DNA of 64,000 nucleotides from Actinomycetota bacterium (GTDB lineage Bacteria > Actinomycetota > Actinomycetes > S36-B12 > GCA-2699445): assembly GCA_029978705.1 (NCBI GenBank), contig JAPOIY010000004.1, positions 29,339 to 93,338 on the forward strand, read 5' to 3'. Each line of letters starts with the position of its first letter. Position 1 is the first letter of the stretch. Positions 1 through 8,593 of the stretch are shown one piece after another. The position numbers and the translations under genes were made by a program. Below the pieces are notes generated by a model. The model saw only the letters and a list, made by a program, of their open reading frames with translations. It made no database searches and had not been told where the DNA came from.

Positions 1-125
1 TCCCGCACCACCCCGGGCGTGGGGTCGGTGGGGTTCCCCTGTCCGAGGTCGATCACCGGCAGCCCTGAGGCGGCGGCCCGTTCCCGGAGACCGCGGGTGA
101 CCTCCCACACGTTCCACACCGTCAC
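1..125 (-). CDS. PLP-dependent class I/II aminotransferase, DapC (N-succinyldiaminopimelate aminotransferase)-like; N-terminal fragment running off the window
   Basis: Not in the ORF track. Manual translation from GTG at 125 (GTGA overlap with the tyrA stop) gives MTVWNVWEVTRGLRERAAASGLPVIDLGQGNPTDPTPGVVR. The IDLGQGNPTDPTP segment matches the N-terminal IDLxxGxPxxP motif of class I/II aminotransferases. dapC normally follows fdxA in actinobacteria. Confidence 0.65.
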   Translation of the reverse strand, partial: MTVWNVWEVTRGLRERAAASGLPVIDLGQGNPTDPTPGVVR

Positions 126-1075
126 GCGCCGCGCCCCCCCACGAGGCTGACCGATTCGGGGGTGTGGGCCACCACTGCCGCCCCGGAGTCCCGGACATCC
201 AGCAGCAGGGAACGCAGCGCGACCGGATCCGCGACGGCCACGTCGCGCACGTCGTCCCGGTCGGGGTATCCGGCCCGCAGGGAGTGAGCGACGGCGAGCC
301 ACCTGGTCAGCGCCGCCTGGTCGGCGACGAGCTCGGCGGCCGCGGCCAGGGTCCGGGCCGCTTCTCTGATCACGGCCGCGGCATCCGGGGCGTTCGCGGA
401 GACGAACTCCGCGGTCCGCTCAGGCGGCGAACCGGCCACCCGGGTGGCGTCCCGGAACGACCCGGCCACCAGGCGGAGGGCCAGCTCCCGTTCCGGCGAT
501 TCCGCCACCACGGCGCCAAGGGTCGCGGCCATGACGTGGGGGAGGTGGGAGACCAGGGCCACGCTGCGGTCGTGTTCGGCCGCCGTGACGGGCACGGCGA
601 CGGCACCCGCCGCGGTGATCAGGTCGATGACGGCGGCGAGGGTGTCGGCATCGGTCGCGGCGTCGACGACGACCGGCCACGCCGCGCCGCGGAAGAGATC
701 CACCGTCCCTGCCCCCGCCCCCGCCTTCTCCGAGCCCGCCATCGGGTGGGTGCCGACGAAGGGGAACGCCGGTTCCGCGGCCCAGACGGCCGTGATGGGG
801 GTCTTCACCGATCCGATGTCGAAGCACGGCACGCGCGGCCCGTCCGCCATGAGGCCCCGCAGCACGGCGACGTTGACCGAGGTGGGGCCGGACAGGGCCA
901 GCAGATCGCACCCGGCGAAGCCCGCGGGGGAGTCGACCCCCTCGGCTCCCAGGTCGGCCGCCACGACCCGAGCCTCGGGGTCCGGGTCGAGGGCCACGAC
1001 CTGGTGGCCGCCGGCGAGGGCGACCCGGGCCAGGGACGACCCGATGAGACCCAACCCGCAGAAGCCGATTCTCAC
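122..1075 (-). CDS. tyrA: TyrA-family prephenate/arogenate dehydrogenase
   Basis: Rossmann GLGLIGSS, DIGSVK, HPMAGSE, HDRSVALVSHLPH, GSFRDATRVA motifs. Confidence 0.9.
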   Translation of the reverse strand: MRIGFCGLGLIGSSLARVALAGGHQVVALDPDPEARVVAADLGAEGVDSPAGFAGCDLLALSGPTSVNVAVLRGLMADGPRVPCFDIGSVKTPITAVWAAEPAFPFVGTHPMAGSEKAGAGAGTVDLFRGAAWPVVVDAATDADTLAAVIDLITAAGAVAVPVTAAEHDRSVALVSHLPHVMAATLGAVVAESPERELALRLVAGSFRDATRVAGSPPERTAEFVSANAPDAAAVIREAARTLAAAAELVADQAALTRWLAVAHSLRAGYPDRDDVRDVAVADPVALRSLLLDVRDSGAAVVAHTPESVSLVGGRGA

Positions 1076-2028
1076 GGCTGCGCCAGCCCCAGCCGGGTCG
1101 GTTCCAACAGAGCGGCGATCCAGGCGTCGAGGGTGTCCTGACCCACCGATCCCGGCGGGGCGGACTCGTCGATGCGGCGGGTGTCGGCCGCAGCCAGGGG
1201 GAACGAGCCGAGCAGTTTCACCTCTGCGGGCAGAGCGGCCACGGCCCGCAGGGTGTCCTGCAGCCGGGCATCCGCGAGATGGCTCCGTGCCGTCAGCAGG
1301 AAGCAGTACTCCCCGGAGCGCGTACGGATCGGTCGAGAGCTGATCGCGGTCAGGGCAATGTCCCGGTCGGCGAAGCAGGCCAGGATGTCGGCCAGGACTC
1401 CGGTCCGATCGTCGATGGGCGTGACGACCACGACGCTGCGGTCATGTCCGGTCTGGGGCGCCAGGGTCCGCATGAGGAGGGCCATCCGCGTGTTCACCCC
1501 GGAGTGGTCCTCCGCTCCGGACCGGACCGTGACGAGCCCCTGCAGATGTGCCGCCTTCGTCGAGGCGAGAGCGACCGTGCGGTCCGACTGCTGGGCGGCG
1601 ACCCGCTCACACGCGGTGGCCATGCTGTCCACGAAATCGACCTGAGCGCCGGTGGACTCGATGAAACGGCGACACTGCGCGGCCGCGGCGGGCGTGGCGA
1701 CGATCGTGTCGATCTCGCCGGGCCGGGCACCCGCGGTCCCGGCGACGACGTAACTGACGGGGACGATGATCTCCTCGTTCACGAAACACATCGCGGAGCG
1801 GAAGATCAGTTCGTCGATGGTGCTGCTGACGTCGCCCTCCACGGAGGTCTCGAGGGGCACGATCCCCGCGTCGGCCTCCCCCGACTCGACGCTGAAGATG
1901 ACGTCAGCGACGCTGTCGCGCGCCTCGACGCGACCGGTCCAGGGCGTCTCGAGGAGGTCGACGGAAGTGTGGGTGAACGATCCCTGCGGGCCTAAGTAGG
2001 TCAGGAGCCGGTCGTCGGCCCCGGTCAC
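1072..2028 (-). CDS. pheA: PheA-family prephenate/arogenate dehydratase with C-terminal ACT domain (divergent)
   Basis: YLGPQGSFT, VPLETSVEG, NTRM (TRF-equivalent), DRTGVL..ISSRP ACT region. Start GTG 2028 overlaps the fdxA stop; the ORF-track extension to 2310 is spurious. Confidence 0.85.
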   Translation of the reverse strand: MTGADDRLLTYLGPQGSFTHTSVDLLETPWTGRVEARDSVADVIFSVESGEADAGIVPLETSVEGDVSSTIDELIFRSAMCFVNEEIIVPVSYVVAGTAGARPGEIDTIVATPAAAAQCRRFIESTGAQVDFVDSMATACERVAAQQSDRTVALASTKAAHLQGLVTVRSGAEDHSGVNTRMALLMRTLAPQTGHDRSVVVVTPIDDRTGVLADILACFADRDIALTAISSRPIRTRSGEYCFLLTARSHLADARLQDTLRAVAALPAEVKLLGSFPLAAADTRRIDESAPPGSVGQDTLDAWIAALLEPTRLGLAQP

Positions 2029-2357
2029 TCGTCGTGTTCCTGCGGCGGCAGGGCCGTCACGATCGGGACATCCTTGGGGAAGGGACCGTGTTTGGCCGCC
2101 CCCCCGCGGTCGGCGTCCGGGATGTCGTTGAAGAACTCGGCGTTGGCGTCGGTGTACGCCGCGTACTCCTCGGGGACATCGTCCTCGTAGTAGATGGCCT
2201 CCACGGGGCACACGGGCTCGCAGGCGCCGCAGTCGACGCACTCGTCCGGCTCGACGTAGAGCATGCGGGCACCTTCGTAGATGCAATCCACCGGACATTC
2301 GTCCACGCACGCCTTGTCCTTGAGATCGACACAGGGCTGGGTGATGACGTAGGTCAC
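2025..2357 (-). CDS. fdxA: 7Fe ferredoxin FdxA
   Basis: MTYVITQPCVDLKDKACVDECPVDCIYEG...CVDCGACEPVCPVEAI; GTG start after GAGGAGG RBS. Confidence 0.95.
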   Translation of the reverse strand: MTYVITQPCVDLKDKACVDECPVDCIYEGARMLYVEPDECVDCGACEPVCPVEAIYYEDDVPEEYAAYTDANAEFFNDIPDADRGGAAKHGPFPKDVPIVTALPPQEHDE

Positions 2358-2476
2358 CGATGCCTCCTCGGCTGTCCGTAGTTCCGGTCGTCCCGGCGGC
2401 CGACTTCCGCCGACGGGTTCCCGCCAGCCGAGTCTAGTATCGTCGGCGCCGTTCCACATTCGCCCTAGGGGGCCGC

Positions 2477-3517
2477 GTGCCGTTCCTTCCCGCCGCCAAG
2501 GTGCGCCTCGACGTCGGCCCTGCGGACGTGGGGCGGCGGCTCACCATCCGGTACCGCGAGAAGGACGGCCTGTCGCGCACCGAGAACGAGTTGGTGGGAG
2601 TCCTGTACCGCTGGAGCGGTGGCTTCACCGATGGCATCCTGCGCCTGCGCCGTCGCGACGGCACCGAGGTCGGGGTCCGGCTGGCCGACATCGTGTCCGC
2701 CCGGGTCGTACCCCCCGAACTGTCGGCCTACGCGATGCAGCGGTTGTGCCAGCAGGGGTGGCCTCCCCTGCACGAGAAGGATCTGGGCCCGTGGGTGCTG
2801 CGGGCGTCGTGCGGGGCCACCGGCCGTGCGAACAGCGTCCGGGTGGCCGGGCTGCCGCAGGGAAGCCTGGACTCCACGTTGGCCGAGGTGCGGAAGTGGT
2901 ACGGCAAGCGCGAGCTGCCGCCCCGACTGCAGATGCCGATCCCGTCGGGGATGCGCGTCGAGCTGGACGAGGCCGACTGGACCGGACGGCGCACGAGCCG
3001 CGTGATGGTGGCCCCGGTCTCCAAACTCCTCAACGCCACGCTGGAGGCACAGGAGCGCGGTGACCTCGACATCTCCGTGGAGGACGAGCCCAACTCGCAG
3101 TTCCTCCACATGACCGCCGGCTACGACCGGCACACGGCGCCGGAATTCGAACACGCCTACGCCGCCGTCCGCCCGGCTGCGTTCGTGTACTGCCGCGACA
3201 GCCAAGGGGAACTGCTCGGGATCGGCCACGCTGTCCTGCAGGAGACCTGGGCCGGGGCGACGACGGTGCAGACGGTACGCCAGTCCCGGCGGCGCGGCAT
3301 CGCGACCGCCGTGGCCGCCGCCATGGCACGGTGGGCACACGAACAGGGGGCGAACAACTGGTACCTGCAGTTGTACGAGGACAACTCCGCGGCCCTGGGC
3401 TTCTACGAGCATCTCGGCTTCGCCACCCACCACAAGTACGAGTACCGGTGGCCCGGGGACCTGTCCGAGCCGGAGGTCTGGTCCGTGGACGACGACAAGG
3501 GACGGCGCACGGACTGA
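2477..3517 (+). CDS. GNAT acetyltransferase with N-terminal SH3-like domain (Rv0428c-like)
   Basis: VGRRLTIRYR N-terminal domain, GATGRANSV, RRRGIATAV acetyl-CoA motif, NSAALGFYEHLGF. Confidence 0.75.
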   Translation: MPFLPAAKVRLDVGPADVGRRLTIRYREKDGLSRTENELVGVLYRWSGGFTDGILRLRRRDGTEVGVRLADIVSARVVPPELSAYAMQRLCQQGWPPLHEKDLGPWVLRASCGATGRANSVRVAGLPQGSLDSTLAEVRKWYGKRELPPRLQMPIPSGMRVELDEADWTGRRTSRVMVAPVSKLLNATLEAQERGDLDISVEDEPNSQFLHMTAGYDRHTAPEFEHAYAAVRPAAFVYCRDSQGELLGIGHAVLQETWAGATTVQTVRQSRRRGIATAVAAAMARWAHEQGANNWYLQLYEDNSAALGFYEHLGFATHHKYEYRWPGDLSEPEVWSVDDDKGRRTD

Positions 3518-3519
3518 GG

Positions 3520-4014
3520 TCAGGGCACCTCGGGAAGGGTGCGGTAGGTGGACCGCCAGTACAGGAGTGCGTCTCCCGCCTCCGCCGGGGTCGCCTCCTC
3601 CACCTCCCCGATGACGATGTTGTGGTCACCGGCGGCGACCAGGTGCTCCGTGCGGCACTCCAGCCAGACCAGGGACTGCTGCAGCGCGGCGATTCCCCGC
3701 GCGGTCCGGCGATGGGGGACGCGGTCGAGCTGTCCCGCCAGCGGCCGCCCGGACGTCGCCAGCCACGCCGCGTGGTCGCGGGCGTCGGCCGCCAGCACGG
3801 ACACGACCCAGTACCGCTGCCCGGACAGTGCCTCCCAGAAGCGCGAGGCGCGGTTGACGGCCACGAGGACCAGCGGCGGTTCCAGCGAGACGGACGCGAT
3901 GGCGTTGGCGGTCATCGCGTGATCCATCCCGTCGGCGACACACGTGACCACGCCCACCCCGGTGGCGAAGGTGCCCAGCGCCCGGCGGAACTGATGTTCG
4001 TCGACCCCGGTCAC
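3520..4014 (-). CDS. Flavin reductase family protein
   Basis: FRRALGTFATGVGVVT, ASVSLEPPLVLV, AGDHNIVIGEV. Confidence 0.9.
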   Translation of the reverse strand: MTGVDEHQFRRALGTFATGVGVVTCVADGMDHAMTANAIASVSLEPPLVLVAVNRASRFWEALSGQRYWVVSVLAADARDHAAWLATSGRPLAGQLDRVPHRRTARGIAALQQSLVWLECRTEHLVAAGDHNIVIGEVEEATPAEAGDALLYWRSTYRTLPEVP

Positions 4015-4415
4015 GGGCGGGTGCCCAACCGCGCGGGGAGGTTGGCAGCCATGGAGCCGATGATCACGCCGCCGAAGAGATAGACCAGCGCGAGAGTGTT
4101 CAGGGCGATGACGATGTCGCCCCCCGGCGTCGGTACGGCAAGCACGACACTGACGATCACCCAGCCGGCGAAGAAGGCGACCCCGGCCCGGCGGGTGCTG
4201 AACGCGTGCACCAGCGCCCGGACCACGGCGACGAGCGTCGCGAGGACCAGGATCAGCCCCACCGGGACAGCGATGCCCCCCACAGTGACGGTCCAGGCCT
4301 GGAGGAACCCTCCGAAGAGGCCCAGCACCACCCCGCCCACCGCCAGGACCAGCGCCGTGCCGATACCCACGTGGGGTGGCTCGACGGCGAGCGCGGGGTC
4401 GTCGACCGCCGTCAT
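4011..4415 (-). CDS. Membrane protein (DUF6113-like) downstream of mshB
   Basis: About 4 hydrophobic helices, TPGGDIVI motif; ATG overlaps the mshB stop. Confidence 0.65.
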   Translation of the reverse strand: MTAVDDPALAVEPPHVGIGTALVLAVGGVVLGLFGGFLQAWTVTVGGIAVPVGLILVLATLVAVVRALVHAFSTRRAGVAFFAGWVIVSVVLAVPTPGGDIVIALNTLALVYLFGGVIIGSMAANLPARLGTRP

Positions 4416-5284
4416 CCGGGGAGACCGTCGAACAGGTCCGTCACCGGTGACCGCGGGAGGGTTCCTTTGGCCAGCCGGAAGTACTCCTTGTCGAAGATCG
4501 GCATTCCCTCGTTGTTGGAGAGGGCGAAGAACCCCTCCTCCAGGTTGATCTGGCTGGCGTGGGCCTCCATGGCTCCCCGTTTGGCAGGCAACTGCTCGCG
4601 CACGTCCACGATCGCGGCGACCGCGTCGTCCGGAACGGTGAAGGGGAGGTCGTCGGGGTCCATCGTCGCGAAGTCGGACGTGTCGCCGACGGCCCGCAGC
4701 GCCTCGATGCCCCGCCGCACCTCGCTGGCGGGGAAGGCGGTCCAGAACCAGCGCGGAATGTCCCACGCCGGGCCCAGGTCGGGCCGGTAGGAGGGCACGG
4801 CCGCGAGCACTGCGGCATAGGTGGCCACCCGGTGGGCCTGGATGTGGTCGGGGTGGCCGTAGCCCCCGAAGTCGTCATAGGTGACGAGCACCTGGGGCCG
4901 GGTCTCCCGGATGACGGCGACGAGGTGGTCGGCCGCCTCGCGCAGGTCGGCCCGCCAGAAGGTGCCGTCCCGGTCGTTGCTGGGTTCGCCCATCATCCCG
5001 GAGTCCCGGTAGGTCCCGGCGCCGCCGAGGAGCCGTGAGTCCGTGACACCCAGGGCGGACATCGCGGCCGCAAGTTCGGCCACGCGGTGGGAGGCGAGGT
5101 CGTCCTGCTGATCGGCGGCCAGGTGGGCGATTTCCGGGAGCAGGATCTCGCCTTCCTCCCCCAGGGTGCATGTCACCAGCGTGACCTGATCCCCCGCAGC
5201 GGCATGCGCCGCCAGCAGGCCACCGGTGGTGAGGACCTCGTCGTCGGGGTGGGCGTGTACCACCAGTAGTCGCCGTCCTGCCAT
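4412..5284 (-). CDS. mshB: GlcNAc-Ins deacetylase MshB (mycothiol biosynthesis)
   Basis: VHAHPDDE, CTLGEEGE, YRDSGM, GGYGHPDHIQ, HASQI, FALSNN; location near fdxA. Confidence 0.9.
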   Translation of the reverse strand: MAGRRLLVVHAHPDDEVLTTGGLLAAHAAAGDQVTLVTCTLGEEGEILLPEIAHLAADQQDDLASHRVAELAAAMSALGVTDSRLLGGAGTYRDSGMMGEPSNDRDGTFWRADLREAADHLVAVIRETRPQVLVTYDDFGGYGHPDHIQAHRVATYAAVLAAVPSYRPDLGPAWDIPRWFWTAFPASEVRRGIEALRAVGDTSDFATMDPDDLPFTVPDDAVAAIVDVREQLPAKRGAMEAHASQINLEEGFFALSNNEGMPIFDKEYFRLAKGTLPRSPVTDLFDGLPG

Positions 5285-5423
5285 GGGGGAACCCTAACGG
5301 GACGCCTGCACGTCCGGCACATCCGGCGCGAAACGCCGGAACCGCTCATGCCGCCGGGGCGTCCTAGGGGTGATCTACAGTGACCGCGGCGGTCAGGGCG
5401 ACCGCCGGAGAAGGGAATCCCAG

Positions 5424-5804
5424 ATGAACAAGAAGCTCGTCGCCGCTGTCGGTGCGGGAACCATGATCGCCGCCGGCGCCCTCGCGCCGCTGGCCTCCGC
5501 CAATGCGGCCGACGCCACGGGCAACCGCGGGAAGCTGTGCCACAAGGGCCGCTTCTTCGTCGTCCACCAGGACGATCACATCAACGGCACGCCGATCCCG
5601 CAGGGCTCCTACAAGACCTACGCCCACCGCCTGCCCTGCAGCAGCGCGATCATCGATCTGCACAACTGGCTGGCCACCGGCCAGACCACCGACGGCTGGG
5701 AAGTGCAGTCGGCCGGCCGCGGCGACCGTTCGATCAAGTTCGCCAGCCCGAACAGCAACACCTTCTTCGTCGCGAAGCGCATCAAGAACCAGCCGCCCTC
5801 CTGA
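5424..5804 (+). CDS. Small secreted protein of unknown function (paralogue 1)
   Basis: ATG after AAGGGA RBS; Sec signal MNKKLVAAVGAG...ASANA; two Cys; GC3-rich codons. Confidence 0.75.
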   Translation: MNKKLVAAVGAGTMIAAGALAPLASANAADATGNRGKLCHKGRFFVVHQDDHINGTPIPQGSYKTYAHRLPCSSAIIDLHNWLATGQTTDGWEVQSAGRGDRSIKFASPNSNTFFVAKRIKNQPPS

Positions 5805-5809
5805 CGGCT

Positions 5810-5846
5810 GCGTTACCCGGAGTCGCCCCGCGGCTCCGGGTAACGC
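5810..5846 (+). terminator. Hairpin terminator after paralogue 1
   Basis: GCGTTACCCGGAGTCGC / GCGGCTCCGGGTAACGC inverted repeat directly after the stop. Confidence 0.65.
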
Positions 5847-5986
5847 GATGCGACGATGTCGGCCGGGGTTCGGTTCCCCGATCGGGCTGAGGGGTTCCTC
5901 ACAGGACTCCCGGCGCGTCGTCACCGGTCCCGAGGGTGACCCCGACCTACCCTCAATCAAAACGTCCCAGAATCGAGAGGTAACCC

Positions 5987-6346
5987 GTGAACAAGAAGTC
6001 CATGATGGCGATCGGCGCCTGCGGCCTCGTCGCCGCCGCCACCGTCCTCCCCATGTCCCCCGCCAGCGCCGGAACGAAGGGCAAACTGTGCAATGACGGC
6101 ACCTTCCATGTGCTGCACAACGACAGCATCGGTGGGGTCAAGGTCCCCGGCGGCTACTACAACACCTACACCAAGGGCGTCTCGTGCTACGACGCCTCCA
6201 ACTACCTTCACGAGTGGCTGGCCTACGGCTACACGACCGACTCCTTCACCGCTTCGGCCCCCGGCACGCGCGGTTCGAAGTCGGTGATGTTCCGGCAGCC
6301 CAGCGGGAACTTCTTCCAGATCAAGAAGGTCCAGAACCCCTCCTGA
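5987..6346 (+). CDS. Small secreted protein of unknown function (paralogue 2)
   Basis: GAGAGG RBS, signal MNKKSMMAIG...PASA; aligns with 5424..5804 (GKLC, H.D.I.G, LHxWLAxGxTTD). Confidence 0.8.
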   Translation: MNKKSMMAIGACGLVAAATVLPMSPASAGTKGKLCNDGTFHVLHNDSIGGVKVPGGYYNTYTKGVSCYDASNYLHEWLAYGYTTDSFTASAPGTRGSKSVMFRQPSGNFFQIKKVQNPS

Positions 6347-6352
6347 TCCCCC

Positions 6353-6391
6353 CCGAATGCCCCGTCCCGGACTCCGGGGCGGGGCATTCGG
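6353..6391 (+). terminator. Hairpin terminator after paralogue 2
   Basis: CCGAATGCCCCGTCCCGG / CCGGGGCGGGGCATTCGG inverted repeat. Confidence 0.7.
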
Positions 6392-6424
6392 CTGTCCGGG
6401 CCCGGACCGGGCTACCGTCGGCGG

Positions 6425-8539
6425 GGGACCGAATCGTTCCCCCGCCGCAAGGCCCTCACCCGCGCGTTCCGGCTCGGCGCCCCCCGGACGCCGGCGATCT
6501 CCCCCGACGGTGCCCGCCTGCTCTACCTACGCTCGGCCTCGGCGACTGACCCCGTCAACGACCTGTGGTCGGCCACCTTCGCGGGCGGTACCTGGACCGA
6601 GCGCCGCCTGGTGGCAGCCGCAGACCTCCTGGGCGGCGACGATGAGGACCTTCCGCCCGAGGAGCGAGCCCGGCGGGAACGCCTACGGGAGGTGTCGGGC
6701 GGCATCACCGCGTACTCGGTCGCCGCGGACTGGTCCTGCGTCGCCTTCGTCCTGTCGGGCACGTTGTATGTGCACGACCTGCACGACTCGGTCCGCTCGC
6801 TCGACACCGGTGGCCCGTGCGCCAACCCCACGTGCGCCCCCGACGGCAGCCGGGTCGCGGTCACCCGCGGCCGGTCGGTCGTGGTCGTCGAGGTGTCCGG
6901 CGGTCCCGCGACCACCCTGCTGGCCCCGGGACCCGACGAGGAGTCGGTGTCGTACGGGTCGGCGGACTTCATCGCCGCCGAGGAGATGGGACGCTACCGC
7001 GGCATGTGGTGGGCTCCGGACGGCGACCGACTGCTGGTGGCGCGCGTCGACGAGTCGCCCGTGGCGCAGTGGTGGATCTCGGATCCGGCGGCTCCCGAGG
7101 TGGCTCCAGCCCCCATCCGGTATCCCGCCGCAGGCGAGGCGAACGCGGCGGTAACCGTCGTGACCGTCGACCTCACCGGCAGCGTCACGCCGGTCCCCCT
7201 CCCCGACTTCGAGTATCTCGCCCGGGCGCGGTGGGATGAGCACGGTGTGCTCCTGGCGCTGCAGGACCGCGCCCAGACCCGGATCCGGACCCTCATGGGA
7301 CTCGACCCCGCGGAACTGGTGACGGTAGCGGAACAGGACCAGCACCCGTGGACGGAGCTGCTGCCGGGGGCGCCCCGGATGACGGACTCCGGGCTGGCGG
7401 ACTCGGAGGTCGATCCCGCCACCGACACCCGGCGCCTCGTGGTGCGGGATGGGGATGGATCCGTGGCGACCCAGACCCCCGCCGGGCTTCAGGTCCACGC
7501 CGTGGTGTCGGCCGACGACGCCGGCATCGTGTTCACCGGCTCCGAGGCCGATCCCGCCACCTGCGACCTGTGGCTGATGGACCCGGCCGGGGTGACGCAC
7601 CGCTTGTCCGAGCCCGGCGGGTGGTCGTCCGGGTCCGCCCGTTCCGGAACCGTGGTCTGCGCGCGCGCCGATCTGGCGGCTCCCGCGACGGCGGTGACCG
7701 TGTCCCGCGCCGGCACCTCGTGGCGGATCCCGTCGTACGCCGAAGCACCCGACCTGACCATCCGCCCGGAGATCCTCCGCGATGTGTCCGGCTGGGGGCA
7801 CATCACCGTGCTGTGGCCCGGCGGGGAGCCGTCCGAGGCGCCACTTCCCGTCGTCATGTCGCCCTATGGAGGCCCCCACGCCCAACGGTCCATCCGGGCC
7901 GCGGGAGCGTTCGCCACCGAACAGTGGCTGGCGGATCACGGATTCTGCGTCATCGTGGCCGACGGCCCCGGAGCCCCGTCCCGTCCGACCAACGAGTTCG
8001 CCATCGCCGGCGATCTGGCCGGGCCCCCGCTGGCCGGACAGATCGCGGCCCTGCACACCGTGGCCCAGGCGCACCCGGGGCGGCTGGACCTGTCCCGTGT
8101 GGGCATCCGGGGGTGGTCGTTCGGCGGCTACCTCGCGGCCCTGGCGGTGCTGCGCCGCCCCGACGTCTTTCACGCCGCGATCGCCGGTGCCCCGGTGACC
8201 GAGTGGCGGCTATACGACACCCACTACACCGAGCGCTACCTGGGTGTGCCGCAGGCCGGGACGTACGACGCCTCGTCACTGTTGCCCCTGCCGGCTGCCG
8301 CGGAGATTCCGCGTCCTCTCCTGCTCATCCACGGCCTGGCGGACGACAACGTGGTGGTGGCTCACACCCTGCAACTGTCCTCGGCGTTGCTGGCCGCGGG
8401 GTACCCGCACACGGTGCTACCGCTGTCCGGAGTGACCCACATGACGCCGCAGGAGGTCGTGACGGAGAATCTTCTGCGCTGGGAACTCGAGTTCCTGACC
8501 ACACACCTGACCGGAACGGCCAGACCTCCCTCTCCCTGA
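6425..8539 (+). CDS. S9 family (dipeptidyl peptidase IV-like) peptidase; start codon ambiguous (GGG at 6425, first canonical GTG at 6611)
   Basis: GWSFGG nucleophile, HGLADDNV, VTHM triad, YGGPHAQ, AAEEMGRY. The in-frame upstream extension TESFPRRKALTRAFRLGAPRTPAISPDGARLLYLRS looks like the family N-terminus. Confidence 0.9.
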   Translation, partial: GTESFPRRKALTRAFRLGAPRTPAISPDGARLLYLRSASATDPVNDLWSATFAGGTWTERRLVAAADLLGGDDEDLPPEERARRERLREVSGGITAYSVAADWSCVAFVLSGTLYVHDLHDSVRSLDTGGPCANPTCAPDGSRVAVTRGRSVVVVEVSGGPATTLLAPGPDEESVSYGSADFIAAEEMGRYRGMWWAPDGDRLLVARVDESPVAQWWISDPAAPEVAPAPIRYPAAGEANAAVTVVTVDLTGSVTPVPLPDFEYLARARWDEHGVLLALQDRAQTRIRTLMGLDPAELVTVAEQDQHPWTELLPGAPRMTDSGLADSEVDPATDTRRLVVRDGDGSVATQTPAGLQVHAVVSADDAGIVFTGSEADPATCDLWLMDPAGVTHRLSEPGGWSSGSARSGTVVCARADLAAPATAVTVSRAGTSWRIPSYAEAPDLTIRPEILRDVSGWGHITVLWPGGEPSEAPLPVVMSPYGGPHAQRSIRAAGAFATEQWLADHGFCVIVADGPGAPSRPTNEFAIAGDLAGPPLAGQIAALHTVAQAHPGRLDLSRVGIRGWSFGGYLAALAVLRRPDVFHAAIAGAPVTEWRLYDTHYTERYLGVPQAGTYDASSLLPLPAAAEIPRPLLLIHGLADDNVVVAHTLQLSSALLAAGYPHTVLPLSGVTHMTPQEVVTENLLRWELEFLTTHLTGTARPPSP

Positions 8540-8576
8540 CTGCATACCTGCCCCGGACGGGGCAGGTATGCAGTCA
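8537..8576. terminator. Bidirectional terminator between convergent S9 peptidase and oppF
   Basis: Perfect 18-bp inverted repeat TGACTGCATACCTGCCCC-ggac-GGGGCAGGTATGCAGTCA. Confidence 0.8.
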
Positions 8577-8593
8577 CCGGCGATCTCGGCGCG

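Noticed and set aside
5847..5986. Possible structured ncRNA between the secreted paralogues
   Set aside because: Only short GC-rich hairpins are present, and the region is explained as the promoter and leader of paralogue 2.
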